64,000 bases of DNA from a bacterium (GCA_963675755.2 CAXXMD010000003.1:544001-608000), one strand, 5' to 3'; positions 1 to 10,894 are shown, counted from the first letter of the stretch. Made by a program: numbers and translations. Notes: a model not told the origin generated them from the sequence alone.

Positions 1-164
1 AACCCGAATGTTCATTAATATATTATTAAACGGGACAATCATGGCAGGTCCTTTAATAGAAACCAATATTTAAATATAAGAATGAAATGATTAATTGCAA
101 TAATTAGTTGATTGTAAACAATTATTTTTACACAGGTAAACAATTCTTATAACAATCCCCGGAT

Positions 165-199
165 AAAAAAAAGGCGTAATAAAAATTATTACGCCTTTA
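165..199 (-). terminator. Intrinsic terminator downstream of the Gfo/Idh/MocA gene
   Basis: Stem AAAAGGCGTAATAA/TTATTACGCCTTTT with an A-run (U-tract on minus strand) just after the stop at 218. Confidence 0.7.
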
Positions 200-217
200 T
201 CACAAATATTTTAAAAA

Positions 218-1561
218 TCAACCGTCCAGCGTCCAGCCTTTGCGGTAAGGTTTGGTGAGATATTCGTTAGCGGCTTCATTGTTGGTAATACGTCCGGCTT
301 TACCGTCATATTCCAATCTTCCTCCAACGCGGTACGCTGCAAGGCCCAGTGCAAGCTGTTCAATCTCGTTCCCGGCATACTCGAAATCACAGGAAGTCTT
401 TAAATCCGTCTTGCAGGCATTAAACCACTCTTCCTGGAATCCTATCATTTCAGGGATCAACAAATTTTCTGATCGCGGTTTATAATAGGTCATATCCGCT
501 TCATCACCAAAAGGTAAAATGATGCGTGAATCAAAATCACAGATCAAAAATCCCTTGTCGCCTTTGAACATGGCGCCATGTCCTATTTGATCCAGGTCGA
601 TATACTTTTTCGGGGTTGTGGGCATATCTCCGCCCTGATGCCATACCACCTTGATGGGCCCACGCCAGGCATTTGCCGGGTGTTCAAAGACCGCTTTCAA
701 TTTCACCGGAGTAACATCAGGATTAAAGGGATCGCCTTCAGCTTCAACAGCAGTGGGAAAATCAGCATCAATTACATTCCATGCAAGGTCCATGGTATGA
801 CTACCCATATCTCCAACCTGTCCCATTCCAAAGTCCCAGTACATGTTCCAGCTCAGACAGTTATTGCCGGGATTCGGTCGTTCAAAGTACCCGGGATTAT
901 AGGGATGGTACGGCGAGGGTCCCAGCCACAGATCATAATTCAAATGTTTGGGAGGATCTCCGGCAGCAGGCAGATATCCCGGTTTGGGCAATTGACGATT
1001 GCCCCAGGTATGTACGGCTGAAAGTTCACCTACAACGCCATCCAGAATCAACTCACGTACACGGTTGAAATTGGGTTTTGCATGACGCTGGGTACCATGC
1101 TGGACCGCGATTTTGTGCTTATTTTTCAAATAATTTTCACGGACGGTTCTCGCTTCATGCACAGTAATACCAATGGGTTTTTCACAATAGACATGGTATC
1201 CGCGGTTGATTGCCCAGTTGGCTACAAACGCATGATTATGATCTGGCGAGCAGATCACTACCGCGTCAATGCCCTTGTGGTCCAGACACTTGCGCCAGTC
1301 AACATACTTTTTCGCTCCCGGAAATTCCTTGGCAGCAATATCCAGATGGTTTGAATCCACGTCACAAATAGCAATTACATTTTGCGTATGAAGACCCCGA
1401 TAGTGTGCGGTTGCCCGTCCCCAGGCACCAATCAATGCAATGTTTAATTTATCACTGGGTTTATTCTGGCCAAACAGAGTACCAGACGGCAGTACCATCA
1501 AGCCCGCTCCCGCGGCTGCGGTGGTACGCAAAAAATTTCTCCGTTCTTTTGAAAATTTCAT
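218..1561 (-). CDS. Tat-exported Gfo/Idh/MocA-family NAD-dependent oxidoreductase
   Basis: RRNFL twin-arginine signal; Rossmann start IALIGAWGR; CSPDHNH; YCEKP; GDMGSH. Confidence 0.9.
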   Translation of the reverse strand: MKFSKERRNFLRTTAAAGAGLMVLPSGTLFGQNKPSDKLNIALIGAWGRATAHYRGLHTQNVIAICDVDSNHLDIAAKEFPGAKKYVDWRKCLDHKGIDAVVICSPDHNHAFVANWAINRGYHVYCEKPIGITVHEARTVRENYLKNKHKIAVQHGTQRHAKPNFNRVRELILDGVVGELSAVHTWGNRQLPKPGYLPAAGDPPKHLNYDLWLGPSPYHPYNPGYFERPNPGNNCLSWNMYWDFGMGQVGDMGSHTMDLAWNVIDADFPTAVEAEGDPFNPDVTPVKLKAVFEHPANAWRGPIKVVWHQGGDMPTTPKKYIDLDQIGHGAMFKGDKGFLICDFDSRIILPFGDEADMTYYKPRSENLLIPEMIGFQEEWFNACKTDLKTSCDFEYAGNEIEQLALGLAAYRVGGRLEYDGKAGRITNNEAANEYLTKPYRKGWTLDG

Positions 1562-1607
1562 AACCTTACTCCTTGATTTTTGACCTGCAAAACAATTTAT
1601 ATTTTAA

Positions 1608-2735
1608 TCACATATACCAACCATCAAAACGTTTCCATTCATCAATCACAGTATCATTTTGTATGACTTTATAATGATCATGCATGGTCGCAGTTGAACA
1701 GGCATGATTCGGCAAAATCCTTACTTTACTGCCCCTGGCTAACCTATCATAGTCCACCTTGTTTCCTGATCGTGAAGTGACAATACCATGCTCCTGGCTT
1801 GAACCGCAAACGTACAGATCATCAATGGGTTTGCCATTCAGATCACATACCACGCCAAAATCCTCTACATCACCCAGACCCCGGTCTCCGGATATAGCCG
1901 TCCAGCCAGCATCAATCAATAGACGATTACGTTCCGGTTGATGTCCAATGACCGAAGCTAATACCGTTACCGCAATATCATCCAGACTGCAAACGCCCAA
2001 CTGGTTCATCATCAGATCTTGAAACAGATAAACGCCGGTGCGTAACTCGGTAACACCTGTCAGGTCTTTTGCAAAACTGGCAGTAGGCGTGGATCCCACA
2101 CTCACAATAGGACAATCTAATCCGGCATCTCTTAACCGTTTGGCACTTTTCACGGTTTCAGCTCGCTCCTGTTCCGCATAGGCAGCAATTTCATCCACAG
2201 ATTTACTTACGTACGATGCTCCGGCATGGGTCAATACACCCTCTGGTGTCACTCCCGGCAAATCAGCTAAAAGCTTTCCGGTATCTATCAGCAAATCACT
2301 CCCGGGCTTTATTCCCGCACGATGACCATCGCTGTCAATTTCTATCATTACTTTAAAAGAGGATGCTAGTTCTTGTGATTTATCAGATACCTGTTGGACC
2401 ATTTCCGGACTGTCAAGAATGATTTTGACATCCGCACCCCTGGCATTTAATTCGGCAATATGTTTTAATTTATCAGGAACAATTCCAATAGCATAGATAA
2501 TATCCGTAATGCCCTGTTCAAAAAAATAGCTGACTTCTTTCAAGGTAGAAGCGGTAATACGTTGAGCATTACCCTTTAAAGCCATTTCAACAACCTCTTT
2601 GCACTTGGCAGTTTTTACATGTAAGCGCAGGGCTACGCCCAATTTTTGGATTCGGGAATTCATAGTATCAATATTATTCTGTAATCGGGATTTGTCTAAT
2701 AGCAGGCAAGGTGTATCAAGAGAGTGGATATTCAT
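1608..2735 (-). CDS. PLP-dependent D-threonine aldolase/D-serine dehydratase (DSD1-like, alanine-racemase fold)
   Basis: TPCLLLD, RLHVKTAK (PLP lysine), HRAG, THAG, VGSTPT, SQEHG, PNHAC motifs. Confidence 0.85.
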   Translation of the reverse strand: MNIHSLDTPCLLLDKSRLQNNIDTMNSRIQKLGVALRLHVKTAKCKEVVEMALKGNAQRITASTLKEVSYFFEQGITDIIYAIGIVPDKLKHIAELNARGADVKIILDSPEMVQQVSDKSQELASSFKVMIEIDSDGHRAGIKPGSDLLIDTGKLLADLPGVTPEGVLTHAGASYVSKSVDEIAAYAEQERAETVKSAKRLRDAGLDCPIVSVGSTPTASFAKDLTGVTELRTGVYLFQDLMMNQLGVCSLDDIAVTVLASVIGHQPERNRLLIDAGWTAISGDRGLGDVEDFGVVCDLNGKPIDDLYVCGSSQEHGIVTSRSGNKVDYDRLARGSKVRILPNHACSTATMHDHYKVIQNDTVIDEWKRFDGWYM

Positions 2736-2853
2736 AAAAGCTCCAATCGTTATCAGGCGATTTTATAAAATAGTAATCCTTTATTAATATCCAAAATAAA
2801 TTTTAGGGACAATAAACCGGGAGTGCAAAAACAATAGTTAGAATTCAGCCAAT

Positions 2854-3324
2854 TCAGGCAACTCTTTTTCCCGAATTATCACATCGCAACAACTCTTTTA
2901 AAAATCCCTTAGGATCTTGAAGGGTTTCCATACATTTCAGATATACCGCACACATACGGCAATCATCCTGAGTTTTAAAGCTGCAATTGGCAGGCGTAAG
3001 CCAACATGGGGTAGAACTCTCGCTAAATGCAGGACAGTTTTCTCGAATATCTTCCGGACATCCTACAAAGGTCCAACAGGGAGTCAATGAACATAACATT
3101 TTAACGGCTTCAAGATTCAGCTTTTTTACGCGTATTAAATCCATTATAACCTGTACGCGTCGAATATCATTTCGGGAATATACACGTCTGCCGGTTTTGG
3201 TTCTATGGGGAATTATCAAACCTGCTTGCTCATACATACGCAGTGTAGGGACCGCTATGCCAAGCTTGTCGGCTGCCAGACCGATCGTATAAACAGGTTC
3301 ATTCATTAATTCATGGTCGTCCAT
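2854..3324 (-). CDS. MerR/HspR-like transcriptional regulator with Cys-rich two-CW C-terminal domain
   Basis: YTIGLAADKLGIAVPTLRMYEQAGLIIPHRT..RRVYS HTH; tail PCW...C...C...PCW...C...CxxC. Confidence 0.85.
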   Translation of the reverse strand: MDDHELMNEPVYTIGLAADKLGIAVPTLRMYEQAGLIIPHRTKTGRRVYSRNDIRRVQVIMDLIRVKKLNLEAVKMLCSLTPCWTFVGCPEDIRENCPAFSESSTPCWLTPANCSFKTQDDCRMCAVYLKCMETLQDPKGFLKELLRCDNSGKRVA

Positions 3325-3478
3325 TCTTCACCTTATAATATAGATTTTCTATAGAAATGGCTAAAACAATATACATGATAATATATTAGCAGTCAAGTAA
3401 AAGTGCCGCATTCTGCGGACAATATTTCGTATATACGAATCAAACTCAAGTTTTTAATAAATTTATCCTGCTTTTCGC

Positions 3479-3526
3479 TTGACACTTTATTTGCAATTAT
3501 GTATATACCTATAGTGAACACTATAG
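3479..3526 (+). promoter_or_regulatory. Sigma70-type promoter with palindromic operator upstream of the multiheme cytochrome
   Basis: TTGACA (3479-3484), 17 bp, TATATA (3502-3507), then inverted repeat CTATAGTG-AA-CACTATAG (3509-3526). Confidence 0.55.
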
Positions 3527-3638
3527 ATTTTGTTGTTTTTGAAAAACACAAAAAGTTAGATGGCTACAGCAAGGATAAAGTATACTAAAATATACATTAT
3601 CTATTCAACATATAAATCAATTTACAGGAGGTAAACCC

Positions 3639-6260
3639 ATGAACAAATTGTACATCGTTTTTCTATGCGTTCTACTAGCCTTTTCCGCAGCGATGTCACA
3701 AACTGTATCCATCATGCCGCATGGAATCTCACCTGCGCAGATGAAAGCGGATACATTGGGAGATGCAGAGTATGTCGGTATTTTTGATCGTACATATTCA
3801 GGTATTCTCAATGTTGGCGTAGAAACTCAAATGTACCTGAAAGGTACAAGTGATGTTCAACTTGTAGCACCCGTATGGACGGTTGTTACAAAGCCAAACA
3901 ATTCCAATGCTGACATTGCAAAAACCGCGGATGTAGACACTTCTACTCAATACGCTGTTTTTACACCCGATGTTGTCGGTACTTATGTTATTGAATTTGC
4001 CGACGGGGGTGAACCCGCATCTGTAACCATTAATGCAGCCAAATATATTGGCTACCAGGATGGTAACTGTTCTCTCTGTCACAGTGGTATTGCTACCGAA
4101 TGGATGGAAACCGGTCACGCTGACTTTTTAACCAGAGCACTAGATGGTGAAGTCAGCAGCCACTATAGTGAAAGTTGTATTTCCTGTCACGTCGTAGGAT
4201 ATGACACCCTTGCCGACAATGACGGCTTTGATGATTTTGCATTTGAATTCCCTGCAACTCTGGAAGCAGGCACAGCTGATGCAATGGTTGCACAATATCC
4301 TAATGCGATGAAACGTGCAAACATCCAGTGTGAAGCTTGTCACGGACCTGCCGGCTCACATTATGGCATTACAGAAGATAACAAGATGGTTGCTTCCCTG
4401 ACCACTCAGGCTTGTAATGTATGTCATGATGATGATCATTATCATGTATATCCATCACAATGGAAAACTGCAGGGCACGCAAACATTCCTTCATATCCCG
4501 GTGGTTCAAGAACCACTTGTCGTGGATGTCACAACGGCGCACAATTTGTTCAGTATGTTGAAGGTGAAACGATTACCGTTCAAGACCACGTAGATATCAC
4601 TTGTGCTGTATGTCACGATCCCCACTCTGCTGAAAATGAACATCAGTTACGTACATTGGATGCAACATTGTCTAATGACATGATGGTATCCGGTGCTGGT
4701 AAAGGCGCTCTCTGTATGAACTGTCACCAAAGCCGCCAGGAAGCCAACTCTTATACCGAACAACCTGCTGGTCATTATGGCCCACACTATGCACCTCAAG
4801 CTGATATGCTGCTGGGTGTTAATGTTGTTACATTTGGTAAAACCCTGCCCGTATCTCCTCACCTTGAAGCAACAGGCGATGCATGTGTAACCTGTCACAT
4901 GTATGAAGCTGGTTCTCATGGCGAACATGACGCTGAAGGCAACCTGACTACTGCCGGTATGCACTCATTCAGTATGGTAAGTACTGGTGGTGTAGACAAT
5001 GTTGCTGCATGTTCAGACTGTCATGGAGATATTGGTGAAACATTTGCTGAAAAGAAATACTTTATGAATGGCGTTGCTGATCATGATGGTGACGGCGTTG
5101 ACGAAGGTTTACAGGAAGAAGTTCATGGTTTGATGGAAATTCTGGCTGAAATGCTGCCACACGCAGAGGATGTTGAAGCCTTTGATCCTCATGATGATCC
5201 TGATTCTACCTGGACAAAAACCGAATTAAAAGCTGCTTTTAACTACAAGATGGTTTACTATGATCACAGTTATGGTATCCATAACCCGGCATTTATCGTT
5301 TCTCTGTTAAATATAAGTATTCAGGCATTGATGAATAACGCTATTGACGGTGACATTGTTGCAATTGACGATGTTCCCAACGATCAGGGTAAACAGGTAC
5401 GTATCATCTGGAGCAAATTTGTAGACGACGGTACCGCAATTGATCCTGTTAATACTTATATCGTAAAACGCTGGGATGCAGATAAAGAAGTTTGGGTAGG
5501 CGTTGGTGAACACACTGCCGACGGCAGTATGCGCTACGCAATGGTTGTTCCAACCGTTTATGACTCTACCGCAGTCAGCGATGGTATGACCTCATTCAAA
5601 GTTGTAGCCGTAACCCAGGGCAGCAATGTTCACGAATCCTTGCCGGCAGATGGTTACTCTGTTGACAATCTTGTTCCTATGGCTCCGGCAAACGTAATGG
5701 CCAATATTGTAAGCGGTCAGGTACAGATCACCTGGGATGAACCTGTAGATGCTGATTTTAAATACTTTGCAGTATATCGCAGTGATGCATCCGGTTTTGA
5801 ACCTACCGAATCAAACCTGGTTGGAACCATTACCGGAACCCAGTTTACAGATATGGAAATCAGTCAGAACGAGACCTATTATTATAAAGTCTCTGCATTC
5901 GATTTCTCAGGAAACGAATCAACACATTCTGAAGTTTCTATTCTGATTACTGCCATTGAAGGTGAAGGCGGCTCTGTACCTACAACCTTCTCACTGGCTC
6001 AAAACTATCCGAACCCGTTCAACCCCTCTACCATGATAGAGTTTGGTGTTCCCCGGGCGGAACAAGTAACCATCCGTATCTATGACATTCGCGGATCGCT
6101 GGTACGCACCCTTGCCGATGGCAAATTTGCAGCCGGTTTCCACAATGTTATTTGGGATGGACGTAACGAATCAGGTCTGTTGGTAAGTGCGGGCACTTAT
6201 CTCTATCGCCTTGAATCTCCAACAACCAACTTTACCAAAAAGATGATATTCCTCAAATAA
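3639..6260 (+). CDS. Secreted nine-heme cytochrome c with FN3-like and FlgD-Ig/T9SS-like C-terminal domains
   Basis: Signal peptide; 9 CxxCH motifs (CSLCH, CISCH, CEACH, CNVCH, CRGCH, CAVCH, CMNCH, CVTCH, CSDCH); ITW...YYYKVSAFDFSGNES; LAQNYPNPFNP; RBS GGAGG. Confidence 0.9.
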   Translation: MNKLYIVFLCVLLAFSAAMSQTVSIMPHGISPAQMKADTLGDAEYVGIFDRTYSGILNVGVETQMYLKGTSDVQLVAPVWTVVTKPNNSNADIAKTADVDTSTQYAVFTPDVVGTYVIEFADGGEPASVTINAAKYIGYQDGNCSLCHSGIATEWMETGHADFLTRALDGEVSSHYSESCISCHVVGYDTLADNDGFDDFAFEFPATLEAGTADAMVAQYPNAMKRANIQCEACHGPAGSHYGITEDNKMVASLTTQACNVCHDDDHYHVYPSQWKTAGHANIPSYPGGSRTTCRGCHNGAQFVQYVEGETITVQDHVDITCAVCHDPHSAENEHQLRTLDATLSNDMMVSGAGKGALCMNCHQSRQEANSYTEQPAGHYGPHYAPQADMLLGVNVVTFGKTLPVSPHLEATGDACVTCHMYEAGSHGEHDAEGNLTTAGMHSFSMVSTGGVDNVAACSDCHGDIGETFAEKKYFMNGVADHDGDGVDEGLQEEVHGLMEILAEMLPHAEDVEAFDPHDDPDSTWTKTELKAAFNYKMVYYDHSYGIHNPAFIVSLLNISIQALMNNAIDGDIVAIDDVPNDQGKQVRIIWSKFVDDGTAIDPVNTYIVKRWDADKEVWVGVGEHTADGSMRYAMVVPTVYDSTAVSDGMTSFKVVAVTQGSNVHESLPADGYSVDNLVPMAPANVMANIVSGQVQITWDEPVDADFKYFAVYRSDASGFEPTESNLVGTITGTQFTDMEISQNETYYYKVSAFDFSGNESTHSEVSILITAIEGEGGSVPTTFSLAQNYPNPFNPSTMIEFGVPRAEQVTIRIYDIRGSLVRTLADGKFAAGFHNVIWDGRNESGLLVSAGTYLYRLESPTTNFTKKMIFLK

Positions 6261-6286
6261 TTGAGATAAAAAGATCCCTATCGAAG

Positions 6287-6321
6287 AAAAGCCGGTCCTG
6301 ATGTTTTGGGACCGGCTTTTT
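6287..6321. terminator. Bidirectional intrinsic terminator
   Basis: AAAAGCCGGTCC...GGACCGGCTTTTT between convergent genes. Confidence 0.8.
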
Positions 6322-6430
6322 CTATTTTAAAACTCGGAGTAACTCTTGATTACAGGAATTCTTGAAGATTTATTAATGGCTAAATTTATTTTTTTGGGGT
6401 TTGGTGTAAGAACAAAAACCTTATTTTAAT

Positions 6431-7297
6431 CTATTCAATATACTCTTTCAGTATTGTTGTTTTCGGAAATTGTTTCTGCAATTCGACCAGAGATTCCTGG
6501 CGCTCCTGTTCAGGCAACAGCTCCAGCCACTGGTCTATTGCCATATAGAGAACAGGTTCCACATCTTCTTTTTCCTGGGTGTGTTGTGCACCATTATTAT
6601 TTTCCAGCTTGAAATCTATTTTCTCTTTCTTTTCAGTCTGCAACTGACCAAGTCCCTTTTCCACTGCCTTCAATGCCATATCCCTTGCTTGCTGCAACTC
6701 GTCTATCTCTACATAGTAACCTGCAATATGCAGGTATGGCAGCAGACTGGGGGTATTGTACTGTATGGCTTTGCGATAGTAATCCACATAAGCTGTATCC
6801 ATACCCACAAAATACAACAGCAATCCCATTCGCAGATAGGGATAATCCCAATCCGGTTTTATCGCAACCATAGATTTATAAGCCGCCAGTGATATTTGAG
6901 GATCCATATCTTCATACATCCTGGCAATCTTGCTGTACAACTGCAAGCTGTCCTGCTGTGTTGTTACTACACTCAAAGATTGCCGATACACCTGTTCAAG
7001 ATCTTCCGGTATTTGAGGTTCTCCATAGTATTTGCTTTGCAATGAGAGTAATAACGCTTCTGCCTTTTTAAAATCCCCCATACCTGTATAGGCTCTGGCT
7101 AACCCCAGTCCCACCTGGAGTGTGTCTGATGAGGTATTACTCGCATTCTCAAAAAACGTGACCGCTTTGTCATACGCCTGGTTTTCAAGATACTGGAATC
7201 CGGGTTCAAGTTCTTTTGAGGCTCCCCAAAGAATAAAGGGTACCATTATAATAAACAGCATTTTTTTTAAAGACATCATATTCTTCTCATTTTTCAA
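6431..7297 (-). CDS. Tetratricopeptide-repeat protein, probably exported
   Basis: Hydrophobic N-terminus; TPR-like patterns (YDKAVTFFENA, GLARAYTGMGDFKKAE, YYRKAIQYN). Confidence 0.7.
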   Translation of the reverse strand: MKNEKNMMSLKKMLFIIMVPFILWGASKELEPGFQYLENQAYDKAVTFFENASNTSSDTLQVGLGLARAYTGMGDFKKAEALLLSLQSKYYGEPQIPEDLEQVYRQSLSVVTTQQDSLQLYSKIARMYEDMDPQISLAAYKSMVAIKPDWDYPYLRMGLLLYFVGMDTAYVDYYRKAIQYNTPSLLPYLHIAGYYVEIDELQQARDMALKAVEKGLGQLQTEKKEKIDFKLENNNGAQHTQEKEDVEPVLYMAIDQWLELLPEQERQESLVELQKQFPKTTILKEYIE

Positions 7298-7540
7298 GAT
7301 TCTATATATTTAAATCCGTTATTCATACAAAAGCAAAAATCAACTCTATTCAAAATATAAACCTATATAGCAATACTCGCAAGCCTAAACCATCAATTCT
7401 GTGACAGACATTACAGAAAAACTTTTACAAGCACTATTTCAACAATTTTCACGACAAAAAAACAAGCTTATTTCTTTCAAAAAAGTTGTTTTTATTCGAT
7501 TAATACCATATAATAAACTGTCATTAACTTTGAGGATTTT

Positions 7541-8446
7541 TTGATAGACACATTTACACTCATTTTGCACGATGCCATTGTTATAACGGCAACCAGCTTT
7601 ATTTTACTGCTTTACATGCGCTTACAAAAAACCTATTCCGGATTCGGCTTATGGCTGTTGAGTATGCTTTTAACTGGCCTCGTATACTTTATAATGTTGA
7701 GCAGACAAGTTTTTATTCCGGCTTGGGCAAGTATTCTTTTAGTAAATTTTACATTCCCCCTGGCAGCAATTATTCGATACGATGGTACCCTTCGCTTCAC
7801 CTTTGAGCGCAGCCTGAATAAAAAATTTTATATGATACCGGTATTTCAACTAATAATTGCCATTTACTTTACTTTTTTCCAAAATGAAATTATTATTCGG
7901 AATTTCACCCTCACCCTGGTCATTTGCTATATGGCAGTTTCAATAGCCATTCTGTTCTTTAAACGATCAAGAGAAAAAAAGACTATTATTTATCTTTTTG
8001 CGGGTTATTTACAATTACTTTTTTCAATATTATTATTCCTGCGTGCTTTTTTCTGGATATTCACACCACAAAGAGGATTATTTGACTCTAGCTCCTTACA
8101 CATCATATACTTTATATTCATTACCATATACGAGTTTGGTTGGGGCGTTTGCATCATGATGCTCAATGGAAAACGACTTGAAGATGAATTAATTGAATCC
8201 AAAGACAAACTGGATGTAACGGTCAAAGAATTGATAACAGCAATTTCCGAACTTAAAACATTGAGCGGTCTGGTTCCCATATGCTCATCATGCAAAAGCA
8301 TAAGAGACGACAAAGGCTATTGGAATCAGTTGGAAGCATATGTTGAAAAGCACTCTGATGCCAGATTCAGTCATGGCATCTGCCCGGATTGTGCAAGGAA
8401 ACTATACCCTGATTTGTATCCTGATTCTGATAGCAATGATAAATAA
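7541..8446 (+). CDS. Multi-TM membrane protein with C-terminal ICxxCK...SHGICPxC Cys domain
   Basis: About 7 hydrophobic segments, a coiled linker, then LVPICSSCKSIRDDKGYWNQLEAY...FSHGICPDC. Confidence 0.75.
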   Translation: MIDTFTLILHDAIVITATSFILLLYMRLQKTYSGFGLWLLSMLLTGLVYFIMLSRQVFIPAWASILLVNFTFPLAAIIRYDGTLRFTFERSLNKKFYMIPVFQLIIAIYFTFFQNEIIIRNFTLTLVICYMAVSIAILFFKRSREKKTIIYLFAGYLQLLFSILLFLRAFFWIFTPQRGLFDSSSLHIIYFIFITIYEFGWGVCIMMLNGKRLEDELIESKDKLDVTVKELITAISELKTLSGLVPICSSCKSIRDDKGYWNQLEAYVEKHSDARFSHGICPDCARKLYPDLYPDSDSNDK

Positions 8447-8573
8447 ATATCAGATCTGGGTGCATCCCAAATTAAACATGACATGATTGTTTTATACCAG
8501 ATAAAAATCCATCAAGCACAAAAAGTCATCATTCCCCTAAAAGACATTTACATATTTAAAACGACCCGTCACA

Positions 8574-9050
8574 TTAATACATGAAATCATATTTGCTTTC
8601 ATTGTATCCATAGTTGGTAAAGTTACCAATAGTTGGATGTTCAAGCTCTACAAATTCATCCACCGGTACCTTGATGACATTGTCATGTGTTCCCGTATTA
8701 AAACAGATCTCTTTTTTCTCAAGCACCGTATTCGAGCAATATACCGGTATATCCACCAGTGTGCCCAGCGCGGGAAGAGCGGTAGCATCGCACTTGGGGA
8801 ACAAGACTTGACATTCATCTTCCTGAACAATATCTATACGATCAACATGCAGCATACATTTCATGCGTTTAATATCAATATGCTCACTTTTCTTAAGCAC
8901 TATAAGCGCATATTGTCCATCTATTTTTACAGGTACGGTTTTGACGGTTCCAACAAATTCATTATCATGGCTGCTGAAATAACCGGACAAGATATCCCAA
9001 TGGATTCTGTTATTATTTAAATATGTTTTTATTACATCAGCATTTAACAT
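8574..9050 (-). CDS. YbaK/ProX-like aminoacyl-tRNA deacylase family protein
   Basis: VKTVPV, FPKCDATALPALG, CFNTGTH match the YbaK/EbsC pattern (degenerate); RBS GGAGG. Confidence 0.7.
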   Translation of the reverse strand: MLNADVIKTYLNNNRIHWDILSGYFSSHDNEFVGTVKTVPVKIDGQYALIVLKKSEHIDIKRMKCMLHVDRIDIVQEDECQVLFPKCDATALPALGTLVDIPVYCSNTVLEKKEICFNTGTHDNVIKVPVDEFVELEHPTIGNFTNYGYNESKYDFMY

Positions 9051-9327
9051 ATTACACCTCCAAACATGGTAAAAGGAGACAACTTTATATATTTAAATTT
9101 GAAATATCTGCAAGCTGTAGTAAAGAGGTAACCGGATAACTGTGGAAGCTGTATTTCAAAGGCCCTTTTACATTTTAACATCGTTAAAAATGGCAATATT
9201 CCGAGGATTTCAAGCCGTCATAAAATTTAATTCTTGTATAAAGCAAATAATGGTTGTATTATTTAATACAACACAAACAGCACAATCATGACCTTTATAA
9301 TTCAATCATATAAAAAGGAGTGCAAAC

Positions 9328-10731
9328 ATGCAAGATCAAAAGTCTAGTGAAAAAAGGCAGGACAAGGGTCTGTCACGTCGGGAATTTCTCGGCGGTACTG
9401 CTGTTGCAGCAGGAGCCGCGTTTACAATCGTTCCCAGTTCGGTACTGGCCGGTAACGGAAAAACCGCCCCCAGTGACAAGATCAATATCGCCGCAATTGG
9501 CGCCGGAGGTATGGGTGGTGGAAATCTTTCCCGATGTGAAACCGAAAATATAGTTGCCTTGTGTGACGTTGATGATGACCGTGCCGCAAAGAGCTATGAA
9601 AAATATCCCGATGCAGCTCGTTACGCGGATTACCGGGTGATGTTGGATAAACAAAAAGACATCGACGCGGTAATTGTTGCAACTCCAGACCATACGCATG
9701 CACCTGCAGGTATTGCCTGCATGAATCATGGCAAACATGTATATGTACAAAAACCCATGGCACATACGGTTTTTGAAGCACGCAAAATGGCCGAGGTTGC
9801 CAGAGCAAACAATGTAATGACCCAAATGGGTAACCAGGGTCATTCCGGCGAAGGTGTGCGTTTAATGACTGAATGGATCCAGGATGGCGCCATTGGTGAT
9901 GTCCGTAAAGTCGTTGCATGGACCAACAGACCCGTATGGCCGCAAGGCTTGTATCGCCCTTATGAAAAACCCCGCGTTCCCGATACATTGAAATGGGACC
10001 TGTGGTTAGGTTCTGCTCCTGTTCGTCCGTATCACCCCGCATATGTACCCTGGAGCTGGCGCGCATGGTGGGACTTTGGCTGCGGCGCTATTGGAGATAT
10101 GGCTTGCCATGTGCTTGATCCCGTATTTACCGTACTGGAACCGGGATTCCCAACATCTGTTGAAGCTTGTACACCTCAAGTATATGTTGAAAATGGCATC
10201 ATCAAAAACTCGATCGAAGAGTGCGGACCCACATCATCCATCATTCACTATCGTTTCCCCAAACGCAAAAAAATGCCCGCGTTTGAACTGACATGGTACG
10301 ATGGAGGTCTCATGCCGCCCCGTCCGGAAGAACTGGAACCCGGCCGCAGAATGGGTGGCGGCAACAGTGGTGTAATTTTTGAAGGCGACAAGGGCAAAAT
10401 CATGTGTGGTGAATATGGCGACAATCCCCGCATCATTCCCGAATCCAAAATGAAAGAATACAAACAACCCAAACAAACCATTGAGCGTGTTCCTGGTGGC
10501 AGCGGCGGCCATGAACAGGACTGGATCCGTGCCTGTAAAGACGGCAAACCCGCATGCTCAAACTTTGATTACGCCGGCCCCATGACCGAAACCGTACTGC
10601 TGGGCAATGTGGCAATCCGTGCCGGAAACAACCTGCAACTGGAATGGGACGGCCAAAACATGAAAGTGCTGAACCATGACGAAGCCAATCAGTATGTAAA
10701 CAAACAATACAGAGAAGGTTTTGGTATTTAA
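9328..10731 (+). CDS. Tat-exported Gfo/Idh/MocA-family oxidoreductase
   Basis: SRREFL signal; IGAGGMG; ATPDHTH; YVQKP; GDMACH. Confidence 0.9.
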   Translation: MQDQKSSEKRQDKGLSRREFLGGTAVAAGAAFTIVPSSVLAGNGKTAPSDKINIAAIGAGGMGGGNLSRCETENIVALCDVDDDRAAKSYEKYPDAARYADYRVMLDKQKDIDAVIVATPDHTHAPAGIACMNHGKHVYVQKPMAHTVFEARKMAEVARANNVMTQMGNQGHSGEGVRLMTEWIQDGAIGDVRKVVAWTNRPVWPQGLYRPYEKPRVPDTLKWDLWLGSAPVRPYHPAYVPWSWRAWWDFGCGAIGDMACHVLDPVFTVLEPGFPTSVEACTPQVYVENGIIKNSIEECGPTSSIIHYRFPKRKKMPAFELTWYDGGLMPPRPEELEPGRRMGGGNSGVIFEGDKGKIMCGEYGDNPRIIPESKMKEYKQPKQTIERVPGGSGGHEQDWIRACKDGKPACSNFDYAGPMTETVLLGNVAIRAGNNLQLEWDGQNMKVLNHDEANQYVNKQYREGFGI

Positions 10732-10752
10732 ATCAAAGAATTAAAAATCTAC

Positions 10753-10787
10753 CTCCCGCCCAAGCTGTGCTTGGGTGGGATTTTTTT
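10753..10787 (+). terminator. Hairpin plus U-tract after the oxidoreductase (also resembles a REP-type palindrome)
   Basis: TCCCGCCCAAGC-TGT-GCTTGGGTGGGA followed by TTTTTTT. Confidence 0.65.
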
Positions 10788-10894
10788 GGGATTTGCAATA
10801 TCCAACCTACTTGATAATTCTCTCCCCTCCCGACCAAGCTGCAAGACGGTGAAAATAATTATTAAAAATAGAATCGCATTTTTTATTTAAGACG

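Noticed and set aside
3639-6260. NrfA nitrite reductase call
   Set aside because: No CxxCK heme motif, nine rather than five hemes, and no nrfH neighbour.
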